Part shown: in pieces, positions 19,987 to 29,791 of the stretch
Numbering within the stretch: position 1 is the first letter of the stretch
Layout: every line of letters begins with the position of its first letter
Virus record (IMG/VR): IMGVR_UViG_3300021962_000143
Span: 1-54,082 of that record
DNA from: a virus
Taxonomy: Duplodnaviria > Caudoviricetes
Length of the DNA stretch: 54,082 bases
Reading direction: 5' to 3' (one strand)
Position numbers and translations under genes: made by a program
Notes under the pieces: generated by a model
Told to the model about the DNA's origin: nothing
The model's input: only the letters and a program-made list of their open reading frames with translations
Database searches by the model: none

Positions 19987-20103
19987 ATGTTCAGTGTTGC
20001 AAATGTTATTTGCCCAATGTGTCATGCAAATAAAGTTTCTAGAGTTTATGTAAATAGCAATTCTTATTTACAGTGCCAAGAGTGCGGGGAGCGGTGGAAG
20101 TAG
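19987..20103 (+). CDS. 38 aa zinc-ribbon microprotein (not in track)
   Basis: SD GAGGGAGG; MFSVANVICPMCHANKVSRVYVNSNSYLQCQECGERWK; abuts dnaB. Confidence 0.7.
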   Translation: MFSVANVICPMCHANKVSRVYVNSNSYLQCQECGERWK

Positions 20104-21357
20104 ATGGCAGCAGATAACGAGCACAGACTCGTCAGTAAGGTAATCAAAGAACGAGAGATTACCCCCGTACTTCAACGTGGCATAACAGACGTTTGGTTTT
20201 TAGACGACGACAATCGCAAGGTATGGTCGTTTGTTCGTAAGCACTACAGTGAGTACAGCGAAGTTCCTACCGCAACAACTGTTCTTGACCACTACCCAAA
20301 TTACAAAGTCCTTAATGTTGAAGACAGCATGGATTACTTGCTTGACACGATGGTGGATTTCCGCCGTCGTTTGCTAACACGTCAAGGTTTAGAGAAGGCT
20401 GTTGAACAGCTACAGGACAATAACCACGATGCTGCAATCCTTGCTATGGAACAAACCGTTTCCAAAGTCAATGAGCAAGGTGTTCTTGGAACGCATGAGA
20501 TTGACTTAACTAAAAATACTGAAGAGCGGTACAAGGAGTACCAATCAATTCAAAATCAAGAGTTCCTAGGTATACCTACGGGATTCAAAGACATTGACGA
20601 AGCAACTGCAGGTTTACAAGGTGGTCAGTTGGTAACGATTATTGCGCCACCTAAGACTGGTAAGTCTCAAGTTGCATTGCAGGTTGCGATTAACGTTCAC
20701 AAACTTGGCAAGACTCCTATGTTCCAATCCTTTGAGATGAACAACCACGAACAGCAGCAACGCCACGATGCTATGCGTTCGCACATTGACCATGGACGTC
20801 TACGTCGTGGAAAGCTTTTACCGAAAGAAGAAAGCCGTTACATTGACATGCTTAATGCTATGGAGAACGAGCATCCGTTTCACTTAGTAGATGCAGTAAA
20901 CGGAATCACAGTTTCTGCTTTGTCTGCAAAAATTGAGCAGTTAAAGCCAGACATTGTTTTTGTAGACGGTGTGTATCTTATGCTTGACGACTTAACTGGT
21001 GAGATGAATACGCCACAAGCAATTACAAACATCACTCGTGCACTTAAGCGTCTAGCACAAAAGATTGATAAGCCAATTGTTATTACTACACAGACCTTGC
21101 TTTGGAAGATGCGTGCTGGAAAAGTTACAGCAGACTCTATTGGATATTCATCTTCTTTCTTCCAGGACTCTGACGTTATCTTGGGTCTAGAACCTGTAGA
21201 AGAAGACGATTCAATTCGTTTATTGAAGGTTGTTGCTTCCCGTAACTGCCCACCAAAAGAGACTTCTCTTACTTGGAAGTGGGAGACAGGTTGTTTCCAC
21301 GATGAGTCCAAGATGATGGACTGTGAGTTCTGTTCTAACTGGGACAGTAATGGTTGA
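20104..21357 (+). CDS. dnaB: DnaB-like replicative helicase
   Basis: GIPTGF..ID..T.G, Walker A APPKTGKS, SFEM, IVFVDGVYLM, QDSDVI. Confidence 0.95.
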   Translation: MAADNEHRLVSKVIKEREITPVLQRGITDVWFLDDDNRKVWSFVRKHYSEYSEVPTATTVLDHYPNYKVLNVEDSMDYLLDTMVDFRRRLLTRQGLEKAVEQLQDNNHDAAILAMEQTVSKVNEQGVLGTHEIDLTKNTEERYKEYQSIQNQEFLGIPTGFKDIDEATAGLQGGQLVTIIAPPKTGKSQVALQVAINVHKLGKTPMFQSFEMNNHEQQQRHDAMRSHIDHGRLRRGKLLPKEESRYIDMLNAMENEHPFHLVDAVNGITVSALSAKIEQLKPDIVFVDGVYLMLDDLTGEMNTPQAITNITRALKRLAQKIDKPIVITTQTLLWKMRAGKVTADSIGYSSSFFQDSDVILGLEPVEEDDSIRLLKVVASRNCPPKETSLTWKWETGCFHDESKMMDCEFCSNWDSNG

Positions 21358-22288
21358 TGTAGAAAAAGTTTTACTTTCATTGGACATACCTCTGATTGCT
21401 CAGAGAGGTGATGAAGTTCAGGGCTTATGTCCAATGCACAAAGCTCGCACTGGCAAAGAGGACCACAATCCGTCGTGGTGGATTAACTCCATAACTGGAG
21501 CACACATCTGCTTCTCCTGTGGTTACAAAGGCAACGTATATACGTTAGTTGCAGACATTAAAGGCATTGATTATTTTGACGCCAAAGATTATGTAACTTC
21601 CAGTGCAGAGCTTGATGTGGATGTACTGTTAAAGCGTATCCGTGAATTGCCACAGTATGTCACCATTGAAGAACCGATAGCGATGTCAGAGGCTCGTCTT
21701 GCTGTCTACACAGAGCCACCAGAGAAAGAACTACGGAAGAGGTTCATAAGTGCAGAAGCAGCAAGACATCACGGCGTCCTATGGGATGTTAATAACGAAG
21801 CCTGGATTGTTCCAATACGTGACCCTAACGATTACTCTTTGTGGGGATGGCAAGAAAAAGGTGCACGTGGTCGTTTCTTCCGTAACCAGCCACAGGGTGT
21901 TAAGAAATCAAGAACCGTCTTTGGTGTAGAAGTTATGTCTACAGAGACTCTTGTGGTTGTTGAGTCTCCTCTAGATGTTGCACGTCTTGCTTCCGCAGGC
22001 GTTGAAGGCGCGATATCAACTTATGGAGCAATGATTAGCGAAGAACAAGCAAAGATTATGCGAAGAGCCAAGAGGGTTATTGCAGCGTTTGATAAAGATG
22101 ATGCAGGCATACACGCAAACGAACTTATGCGTGGTTTTGCTCGCAAGTATGGTATTGAATTGTCCTACTTCAACTACACAGGTATTGATGTAAAGGACCC
22201 AGGCGACATGAGCGAACAAGAAATTCGTAAAGGGATTGATACTGCTCGTGACATGATTTATGGCAAGGCAGCTTACGTATGGCATTAG
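21350..22288 (+). CDS. dnaG: DNA primase (CHC2 zinc finger + TOPRIM)
   Basis: CPMH...CFSC, VVESPLD, AFDKDDAG, KDPGD. Confidence 0.93.
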   Translation: MVDVEKVLLSLDIPLIAQRGDEVQGLCPMHKARTGKEDHNPSWWINSITGAHICFSCGYKGNVYTLVADIKGIDYFDAKDYVTSSAELDVDVLLKRIRELPQYVTIEEPIAMSEARLAVYTEPPEKELRKRFISAEAARHHGVLWDVNNEAWIVPIRDPNDYSLWGWQEKGARGRFFRNQPQGVKKSRTVFGVEVMSTETLVVVESPLDVARLASAGVEGAISTYGAMISEEQAKIMRRAKRVIAAFDKDDAGIHANELMRGFARKYGIELSYFNYTGIDVKDPGDMSEQEIRKGIDTARDMIYGKAAYVWH

Positions 22289-22464
22289 ATGCTCGTGGGT
22301 TACCTACACACGCCTGCCCTAATTGTGGTCATTTAGTTTTTAAAATTAAAGCAATGTTTGAGGACTACGATATTGTTATGTGGTTTGTTGATGGAGAATG
22401 TGATGATTGCGGAACTTTGCTAACAGTTCCCTGCCCAGTGGATGACCCAGATGTTCAAAGGTGA
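22279..22464 (+). CDS. Small zinc-ribbon protein
   Basis: CPNCG...CDDCG..PCPVD. Confidence 0.7.
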   Translation: MALDARGLPTHACPNCGHLVFKIKAMFEDYDIVMWFVDGECDDCGTLLTVPCPVDDPDVQR

Positions 22465-24070
22465 ATTAAAACCATATCAAGTAGAAGCTGTTGACAGGAT
22501 GGCTTCTCGTCAAAAGATGTTGGTCGCTTATGAGATGGGTCTAGGAAAAACTTGCATGACTATTGCAGCACTAGAACAGCTCAAAGCAAACAATCAGCTA
22601 ACTAAACCAACGCTTGTAATTGCTTTGTCTAGCTTAAAGTACCAATGGCAAAAAGAAATTAATAAGTTCTCTGATGACTACGCATCCGTCATTGATGGTT
22701 CAAAAGGAACTCGTTACATTCGTTGGGAAAGGGATATGACGTGGGAAGAACACACTGGTTACATTATTGCTAACTATGAAACCATCGTTGCTGATTGGGA
22801 CATCATTAAAGACTATGAGTGGGGCGCAGTCGTGTGCGATGAAGCTACTGCTATAAAGGGTTTCCGTTCTCAACGGTCAAAAAGAGTAAAGGAACTTGCA
22901 CGTAAAGTCCCTATTCGGTTTGCCTTAACAGGTACACCAATTGAGAACGGTCGCCCAGAGGAACTCTACAGCATCATGCAGTTTGTTGACCCCACTGTTT
23001 TGGGACGGTTTGATTTATTTGACCAAACTTTCATTGTACGAAATCATTTTGGTGGAGTTCAGCGTTACCGAAACCTCCCTATTTTCCATGAGAAAATGAA
23101 ACAAGTATCTGTTCGCAAAACACAGAAGGACCCAGATGTTTCTCCTTATCTTCCAGAAACAATCCACTTAGAACCGTTCTTAATACCGTTAGACAAAGCT
23201 GGAGCAGAGTTATACCAAAAGATTTCTTCAGACTTAATACAGGAACTTATGGACGCCCAAGAGTTATTAGGTGGGTCTTTTTCTCTAGACGCTCATTATG
23301 GTCAAGGACACAAACCAGGCGGTCCTGCTGATAAACTACGTGGTTCCATAATGTCTAAGATAACTTCTTTAAGAATGTTATGTGATTCCCCACAGCTTTT
23401 AGTTGAAAGTTCAAACAAGTTTCATGATGGATGGCAGGAGATTGATGGTGAAAAAGTTAACCTTGAAGGCTCTAAGGGCGGCAGTGTTTACGTGGCTGGT
23501 CTTGAAGCTTCTGGAGCTTTGGCAAAGGCAACGAAATCTCCGAAGCTAGATGCTGTTATAAATTATGTGCAAGAACACATAGAGGCAAACGAAGACCACA
23601 AAGTTGTTATCTTTACTTGCTACCTGGGTATGCTTCCCCTTATCCAGGAAGCACTTGCTTCTAAAAAGATTGTTAGCACTCTCTACTCAGGACTGCTAAA
23701 CGCAAAAGAAAAAGAAGAATCTAAAACTTCTTTTCAAACCTCTAAAGAAGTTAGGGTACTGGTCTCCTCTGATGCAGGCGGGTACGGAGTAGACCTTCCA
23801 CAAGCAAACCTGCTAGTTAACTTTGACTTACCTTGGTCTTCTGGAACGGCAGTCCAACGCAACTCCCGTATACGCCGTGCGTCTAGTACTTGGTCCCATG
23901 TTGTTATCCAAGACTTTCTCGTGCTAGACTCTATTGAAGAACGGCAACACCAAATGTTGATGCAGAAAAACGCTGTAGCAGACGCTGTTATGGACGGAAC
24001 TGGCATTAACGTTAAGGGCGGTGTAGACTTAACCGTAGGAAGTCTCTTGAGTTTCTTAAAGGGGGAATAA
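22442..24070 (+). CDS. SNF2-family helicase
   Basis: LKPYQ, EMGLGKT, CDEAT, LTGTPIEN, GVDL, QRNSRIRR. Confidence 0.93.
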   Translation: MTQMFKGELKPYQVEAVDRMASRQKMLVAYEMGLGKTCMTIAALEQLKANNQLTKPTLVIALSSLKYQWQKEINKFSDDYASVIDGSKGTRYIRWERDMTWEEHTGYIIANYETIVADWDIIKDYEWGAVVCDEATAIKGFRSQRSKRVKELARKVPIRFALTGTPIENGRPEELYSIMQFVDPTVLGRFDLFDQTFIVRNHFGGVQRYRNLPIFHEKMKQVSVRKTQKDPDVSPYLPETIHLEPFLIPLDKAGAELYQKISSDLIQELMDAQELLGGSFSLDAHYGQGHKPGGPADKLRGSIMSKITSLRMLCDSPQLLVESSNKFHDGWQEIDGEKVNLEGSKGGSVYVAGLEASGALAKATKSPKLDAVINYVQEHIEANEDHKVVIFTCYLGMLPLIQEALASKKIVSTLYSGLLNAKEKEESKTSFQTSKEVRVLVSSDAGGYGVDLPQANLLVNFDLPWSSGTAVQRNSRIRRASSTWSHVVIQDFLVLDSIEERQHQMLMQKNAVADAVMDGTGINVKGGVDLTVGSLLSFLKGE

Positions 24071-24507
24071 TGGCAAGAGTAAAAAATGAAGAACCGCGTT
24101 TCTCAGATGAGAATGATTTAATCTCTCGTACTAAAAAGTACGCTTTCTTAAAATCACAACTAGAATTTCTTGAAAAAGAACAGAAAGCACTTCGTGCATT
24201 GTTGTTTGAGAACCTTGATGAAGTCGGTGAAGAAGATGATAAAGGAAACATCATCATTGAACTTCCAGAAGAGGTAGAAGGTTACTCCTCAGTAGTTAAA
24301 CAGCGTCGTGTATCTCGCAAGATTGATGAAGCAAGAGCAGAAGAAATCATTACTGAACATGGTCTTGAAGAAGAACTTTACAAAACAATTCGTGTAGTAG
24401 ATGAAGATGCACTCATGGCTGCTCTTTACGAAGATGTTCTTACAGAAGAAGAAGTAGATGAAATGTATCCACAGTCAATTACTTGGGCATTGGTGCTGAA
24501 GAAGTAA
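24070..24507 (+). CDS. Hypothetical coiled-coil protein (Gam/Gp157-like?)
   Basis: TAATG coupling; N-terminal coiled coil, VVDEDAL near the C-terminus. Confidence 0.5.
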   Translation: MARVKNEEPRFSDENDLISRTKKYAFLKSQLEFLEKEQKALRALLFENLDEVGEEDDKGNIIIELPEEVEGYSSVVKQRRVSRKIDEARAEEIITEHGLEEELYKTIRVVDEDALMAALYEDVLTEEEVDEMYPQSITWALVLKK

Positions 24508-24508
24508 G

Positions 24509-24985
24509 ATGGCTGGTTTACGAGGTCAGGATGAGATTGAAAAGGCATTTGCCGATTTAGAATACATCCCTGGCTCAAAGAAGAAACGCCGTGAGGCAGA
24601 CCCAAAGGTTTCTCGTCGTAAGGCGGGAGAAACAAATGGTTGGGATGCAAACCCAATCATTAAACGATTAGGCGGAGTAGACACAGAAGTTTTTACAATC
24701 GGTGCATTAGCACAAGCATTGGAAAAGCAGATTGTGACCATCCGTTTATGGGAGCGCAAAGGTTATATACCAAGAGCGCCATACAGACTTCGTTCTAAAA
24801 CCCTTAAGGGGCAGAAGACTGGTGGCAATCGGGTGTATACTAGAGCGCTGATTGAAGCCACTGTTGACGAGTTCGCCAAGAGAGGCTTGATAGGCACTGC
24901 TCGTGTAGAGTGGGGCCAGCACGAAGACCTTACAGAGGCACTAATTAGCCGCTGGAAGGACATCACATCCACCGAGAGCCGTTAG
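24509..24985 (+). CDS. MerR-type HTH DNA-binding protein
   Basis: FTIGALAQAL..TIRLWERKGYIP..R.YT. Confidence 0.8.
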   Translation: MAGLRGQDEIEKAFADLEYIPGSKKKRREADPKVSRRKAGETNGWDANPIIKRLGGVDTEVFTIGALAQALEKQIVTIRLWERKGYIPRAPYRLRSKTLKGQKTGGNRVYTRALIEATVDEFAKRGLIGTARVEWGQHEDLTEALISRWKDITSTESR

Positions 24986-25008
24986 GCCTCATTACCGAAA
25001 GAACCCAA

Positions 25009-25659
25009 ATGCCGATTGCAAAACCGTCAGTTGATGCTGACACATACCTCGCTGAAGACAGCGAAACAATCCAGCCAAAGGTTGGAACAACCGTACAAGA
25101 AGGTTGGGGAGCAGCAGAAGCGCTCCTTAACGTTGAGACAACTGAATTCCCAACAGACTTCCGTTTCTCAGATGAGCCACAGCTCATCAAGTTCCTCCAA
25201 GACCGTCCATTTGCTACTTACGAGCAGCACTGGATTGAACGTCCAAAGGGCAAGAAGTCCTTTGTATGTATCGGAGATACATGCCCACTCTGCGACGTTC
25301 TTGGCGACAAGCCTCGTGGCAAGTTTGCTTTTAATGTTCTCGTCCTAGTTGGAGAGACAACAGGAGTGCAGGTTCTTACTGCACCACCATCACTAGCTCG
25401 TCAGATTAAGAAAGCTCATGACGATGAGCGTAAAGGACCACTTGACCGTGAGTTCTGGGAAATTTCTCGCATGGGAACAGGCCCAACGACACAGTACACC
25501 CTCAACTATGTCCGTGGTCGTGACCTTGCTGAGGAGTGGAAGTTAGACCTTGAAACCGTTAATGAACAGATTGCATCTGCAGAACTATTTACTGCAGACG
25601 AAGTAGTCCGAGAGACCCCTCGCTCTGAACTTCTTGAAATCGCACGTTCAATAGCGTAA
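25009..25659 (+). CDS. Single-stranded DNA-binding protein (gp32-like, Zn)
   Basis: IKFL, QHW, FVC..CPLC, FAFNV, ISRMG.GP.TQY; directly upstream of polA. Confidence 0.75.
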   Translation: MPIAKPSVDADTYLAEDSETIQPKVGTTVQEGWGAAEALLNVETTEFPTDFRFSDEPQLIKFLQDRPFATYEQHWIERPKGKKSFVCIGDTCPLCDVLGDKPRGKFAFNVLVLVGETTGVQVLTAPPSLARQIKKAHDDERKGPLDREFWEISRMGTGPTTQYTLNYVRGRDLAEEWKLDLETVNEQIASAELFTADEVVRETPRSELLEIARSIA

Positions 25660-25668
25660 AACTTCCAC

Positions 25669-25712
25669 ACGTAGGGGGGGCTTGTCTTCCGTTTCCAAGC
25701 CTCCCCTACACT
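25669..25712 (+). promoter_or_regulatory. GC-rich stem-loop between ssb and polA (attenuator/terminator-like)
   Basis: gtagggggggcttg...caagcctcccctac; no long U-tract. Confidence 0.5.
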
Positions 25713-25732
25713 TAAACATTGAGGGGCATTAA

Positions 25733-27733
25733 ATGAATATCATTACAACTAAAAAACAACTTGAAGAACTTGTTGAGTATTACTCCAAGGTAGATGGTTT
25801 TGCTTTTGACGTAGAAACCATTGGCGAAAATAGAATTCAACCAGTAGTAAACGATGTGTTATGGCTATCGCTTGCTACTGATGGTCGCACAGATGTAATC
25901 CCTATGGGTCATCCAAACGGTGACTTTTTGCATTGGGATAAAGAACTTTTACTAAGTGGTCAAAAGAAACTTGCTGCAGGTAAAGAGCTAAAAGAAACTG
26001 ACTACTCAAAGAACCAAGCCAAATGGAAACCAGTATTTGATTCACCTCCAGAGCAGTTACTTCCAGGAGACGTCTTTAAAGCACTAAAGCCTCTCTTCTT
26101 TAGTGACCAGTTAAAGGTTGGTCATAACGTTAAGTTTGACCTTAAATCAATTGCTAAGTACTACAGGGGCGTTGTTCCAAAGAAACCTTTCTTTGACACA
26201 CTTATGGCAGCGTTCATCATTGACAACCGCAATCGTGGAAAACTAGGCCTGAAAGATTGTGCTGAAAAGTATTTAAAGATTAAAGTTGAAAAAGGAATTG
26301 GAGCAGAGGTTGAGGTTCATTCCTTCTCTGACGTTGCTCACTATTCAGGCTTTGACTCTGAGGTTACATGGAAGCTGTATAAAGAACTACAGCCAAAGTT
26401 AACTGGGAGTCTTGCACGTGTATGGGGTTTAGAGATGGATGTTGTCGGTGCACTCTGTGACATGGAGTTGGCTGGAGCAACTGTAGATGTTGAGGAATTA
26501 ACGAGTTTAAAAAAACGACTTGAGTTAGATATTGACGAGGCAGTAGCCCGTGCTTACCGACTTGCAGGTAAACCATTTCCTATGAACTCAGTCCAAGAAA
26601 AGCAGAAGCTATTGTTCTCTTCAAAAGAAGAGGGTGGTCGTGGGATTAAGCCAAACACCAAAGTTAAGATTGCTTTAACTACTAAAGGTCAAGACATGCT
26701 TGCTGCAGGGTTACCTTTAACAATTAACCAGTACTCAGTGTCTTCTGATGCTTTAGAGTTCTATCGTTCTAAAGACGAATTAGTAGATGCAATCCTTGAG
26801 TACCAAGACTTAAACAAGCTGATGACTACTTATGTGATGCCTTATTTGGGTGGAGACATTGTTCGTACTAACGCAGGTAAATCGCGCATTGTGGAAAAGA
26901 AGTCACTGTTAATTAACGGCAAAGTACATACAAGTTTTAAATCACACGGAGCAGAGACGGGTCGTTTCTCCAGCAGTGACCCAAACCTACAGAACATCCC
27001 TTCATCAGGTAAGTACGGTAAGTTAATTCGTAATCTGTTTATTGCACCACCAGGGCACAAGTTGGTAGTTGCTGACTACTCTCAGATTGAACCAAGAATT
27101 ATTGCTGCATTCTCAGGTGACCCAGTTATGGTTGATAACTATTTAACAGGCGGAGATATCTACACAGCAATTGGAAATGTAATGGGAGTAGACCGTAAGG
27201 CAGGAAAAGTTTTGGTTCTCGCAATCGCATACGGTGTAGGACCAGACAAGATTGCTCAACAAGTAGGTTGCACTGTTGATGAAGCACGTAAGTTGTTAAA
27301 CGACTTTGGCGATAAGTTCAACGATGTTTCTAAATACAAAGCAAAAGTAATTCGTCTGTCAGCACAGCGCGGTCCAGTACCTTATGTTGAAACAATCTTT
27401 GGTCGTCGTCGTTATATACCTGACCTAAAGTCAACAGATAAAGGGCTTCGTAGTAGGGCAGACCGACAAGCATTTAACACTGTTATCCAAGGTTCGGCTG
27501 CAGATTTGATGAAACTCGCCATTGTAAGAGCACATTCCTGCTTTGTTGATGAACCAGATGTTAATGTGGTGTTGACTGTGCACGATGAACTCGTTACAGT
27601 TGCTCGTGAAGATTTAGCAGAAGAAACAGCGGAGGCAATCAGAGTGTCAATGGAAGGTATTAAACTGCCAGAGATTACAGTTCCTTTAATTGCTGAAGTT
27701 AAGATTGTAGATAAATGGGGAGAGGCAAAATGA
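25733..27733 (+). CDS. polA: Family A DNA polymerase with 3'-5' exonuclease (Leu762-type)
   Basis: FDVET, GHNVKFD, TGRFSSSDPNLQNIP, ADYSQIE, K...L...YG, QGSAAD, VHDEL. Confidence 0.97.
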   Translation: MNIITTKKQLEELVEYYSKVDGFAFDVETIGENRIQPVVNDVLWLSLATDGRTDVIPMGHPNGDFLHWDKELLLSGQKKLAAGKELKETDYSKNQAKWKPVFDSPPEQLLPGDVFKALKPLFFSDQLKVGHNVKFDLKSIAKYYRGVVPKKPFFDTLMAAFIIDNRNRGKLGLKDCAEKYLKIKVEKGIGAEVEVHSFSDVAHYSGFDSEVTWKLYKELQPKLTGSLARVWGLEMDVVGALCDMELAGATVDVEELTSLKKRLELDIDEAVARAYRLAGKPFPMNSVQEKQKLLFSSKEEGGRGIKPNTKVKIALTTKGQDMLAAGLPLTINQYSVSSDALEFYRSKDELVDAILEYQDLNKLMTTYVMPYLGGDIVRTNAGKSRIVEKKSLLINGKVHTSFKSHGAETGRFSSSDPNLQNIPSSGKYGKLIRNLFIAPPGHKLVVADYSQIEPRIIAAFSGDPVMVDNYLTGGDIYTAIGNVMGVDRKAGKVLVLAIAYGVGPDKIAQQVGCTVDEARKLLNDFGDKFNDVSKYKAKVIRLSAQRGPVPYVETIFGRRRYIPDLKSTDKGLRSRADRQAFNTVIQGSAADLMKLAIVRAHSCFVDEPDVNVVLTVHDELVTVAREDLAEETAEAIRVSMEGIKLPEITVPLIAEVKIVDKWGEAK

Positions 27734-28104
27734 GTAATGCAGACTGGTGGGCTAAACAACTAGGTGCACAACCACCCGCAACACAGGCACGCCCAGTTAA
27801 TAACCCAATGCCACCTTCGCAACAGCCAATGGCACCTATGCCACAGCCCGTTTACACTCAACCTCTTTCTAAAGCACAAAGCGCAAGTCAAACCCAGTCA
27901 TGTCCTGAATGCGGTGGTAATAATTACATGGCAGTACAGAACGCAGCACCAAGATGCTACGACTGTGGGTACCCAATTACTCAAGCAGGTAGTCGTTATG
28001 GAGCTCTTACTGGAGCGCAAGTAGAGGGAAGCGCAAAGCAAGCGCAAGGAAATGATTTTCAAAGTAACTGGAATCCACAAGGAATTATCGGGAGAATAAA
28101 TTGA
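27730..28104 (+). CDS. Hypothetical zinc-ribbon protein with P/Q-rich N-terminus
   Basis: CPECG...CYDCGYP; ATGA overlap with polA stop. Confidence 0.7.
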   Translation: MSNADWWAKQLGAQPPATQARPVNNPMPPSQQPMAPMPQPVYTQPLSKAQSASQTQSCPECGGNNYMAVQNAAPRCYDCGYPITQAGSRYGALTGAQVEGSAKQAQGNDFQSNWNPQGIIGRIN

Positions 28105-29147
28105 TAAATGCAGAGGCCAGAAAAATTGTTGCACAACTTAACAAGAAGTTTAAAAGCGATGTGGTCGTTCTTGCATCTGATATTCGGAGCGACATTATTC
28201 CTCGTATTACTAGTGGTTCTACTACCTTGGACTTTGTTTTGGGCGGTGGTTTCCCTGGCAACCAATGGAACGAACTTATTGGGGAACCGTCGCACGGCAA
28301 GACAGCTCTCGCTCTTAAAACTATTGCAGCGAATCAAGCATTAAATCCTGACTACACCACTGTGTGGGTTGCTGCAGAGCAGTGGGTTCCAGAATACGCA
28401 GAGATGTGTGGCGTAGATACTGACCGTGTAATTGTTATTGAGACTTCCATCATGGAAGAGGCATACCAAGCAGTAATTGAATTTGCAGAATCAAAGTCTG
28501 TAGATGCAATTGTCATTGACTCACTACCAGCTTTATCGCCTATGCCAGAAATGGAAAAGGATATGAGTGAAGCAACGGTTGGTCGTGGAGCACTGCTCAC
28601 AAACAAATTTTTCCGTGTAGTTGGTACAGCGATGAAGCGTTCTTTAACAGAGGATGAGCGTCCTGTACTTGGGTTAATTATCAATCAGTACCGTATGAAG
28701 ATTGGCGTAATGCATGGTGACCCAAGAACCACACCAGGAGGCGAAGGAAAGAACTATGCGTTCTTTACTCGTTGTGAAGTACGTCGCAAGGAATGGATTG
28801 AAATTGGTTCAGGAACAAACAAAGTAAGAGTTGGTCAGCAGATTGTTGTCCGTACTCTAAAGAACAAAACTGCACCACCACAGCGTGTTGCATACTTTGA
28901 TTTCTACTTTGCAGACGGTGGAGCCTGTGCACCAGGAGAGTTTGATTTCGCTAAAGAAATTGCATCTCTTGGGGTAATTATGGGTGTCATTGAACGCAAG
29001 GGTGGTTGGTTCTATCACGGTGAGCGAAAGTGGCAGGGTATTGACTCTGTTATTGCAAGTATTCGTGAAGAAGTTGACCTTAAAGAAGAGATACAAAAAG
29101 CAGTACTCTCATCAGATGCAGCACCATTGGCAATTGATGAAGACTGA
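28101..29147 (+). CDS. recA: RecA/UvsX recombinase
   Basis: SGSTTLD..LGGGFP, GEPSHGKT, IDSL, INQYR.KIG..GDP.TTPGG, KNKTAPP. Confidence 0.97.
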   Translation: MINAEARKIVAQLNKKFKSDVVVLASDIRSDIIPRITSGSTTLDFVLGGGFPGNQWNELIGEPSHGKTALALKTIAANQALNPDYTTVWVAAEQWVPEYAEMCGVDTDRVIVIETSIMEEAYQAVIEFAESKSVDAIVIDSLPALSPMPEMEKDMSEATVGRGALLTNKFFRVVGTAMKRSLTEDERPVLGLIINQYRMKIGVMHGDPRTTPGGEGKNYAFFTRCEVRRKEWIEIGSGTNKVRVGQQIVVRTLKNKTAPPQRVAYFDFYFADGGACAPGEFDFAKEIASLGVIMGVIERKGGWFYHGERKWQGIDSVIASIREEVDLKEEIQKAVLSSDAAPLAIDED

Positions 29148-29454
29148 AGGCCAAAAGCAATCACAGAAGCATGAAAAGAGACTAGCCAAGAAAATTGGCG
29201 GTAAAACTATGGCTGCATCTGGAGCATTTTGGTCTCACAAGGGAGATGTTCGGTCAAGCGACCTCTTGATTGAGCACAAATTTACAGGAAAGAAATCTTT
29301 TTCTGTAAAGGCGGAGGTATTAAAGAAGATAACACGAGAGGCAATCCTTGATGGACGTATGCCAGTACTGGGCGTTCATCTAGATGGGGAGAATTATGTA
29401 ATTCTTCTTGAAGACGACTTTCTAGAGATGAGGGACCGTCTAAAGGATGCTTAA
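29137..29454 (+). CDS. Hjc-like PD-(D/E)XK Holliday junction resolvase
   Basis: HEKRLAK..GG....SGA....KGDV....LIEHK; ATG 29137 overlaps the recA end. Confidence 0.75.
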   Translation: MKTEGQKQSQKHEKRLAKKIGGKTMAASGAFWSHKGDVRSSDLLIEHKFTGKKSFSVKAEVLKKITREAILDGRMPVLGVHLDGENYVILLEDDFLEMRDRLKDA

Positions 29455-29457
29455 TAC

Positions 29458-29790
29458 ATGTATGAAAATGAAAGCCCATGGTGGTCTAAAGCACGTTGCT
29501 TTGGAGCTGCCCCTAAGAACCAAGAGGAAGAAGACATCTTTTATCCTCCACGAGATAAGGAACGATATAAATTAATTGCCGATAAAGCCAAGGTCTATTG
29601 CCTTGGTGAAAACGGTAAAAGTCCATGCCCCGTATTAAAAGATTGTTTGTGGGACGCCATCAGTCGTGACGAGCCACACGGAATCTGGGGAGGATTGAGT
29701 CACAGAGAAAGAAATGCTTTAATACGTAAGTGGAAAAAATCATTCGCTAAGAAGATGACCTTGAAAGAGTTTATTTTCAGTAAGGACTAA
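29458..29790 (+). CDS. whiB: WhiB-family Fe-S transcription factor
   Basis: W..KARC, AKVYC...CPV..DC, GIWGGLSHRER. Confidence 0.93.
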   Translation: MYENESPWWSKARCFGAAPKNQEEEDIFYPPRDKERYKLIADKAKVYCLGENGKSPCPVLKDCLWDAISRDEPHGIWGGLSHRERNALIRKWKKSFAKKMTLKEFIFSKD

Positions 29791-29791
29791 C

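Noticed and set aside
28984-29136. Long N-terminus of the Hjc-like ORF
   Set aside because: Overlaps recA by 160 nt; ATG 29137 fits coupling
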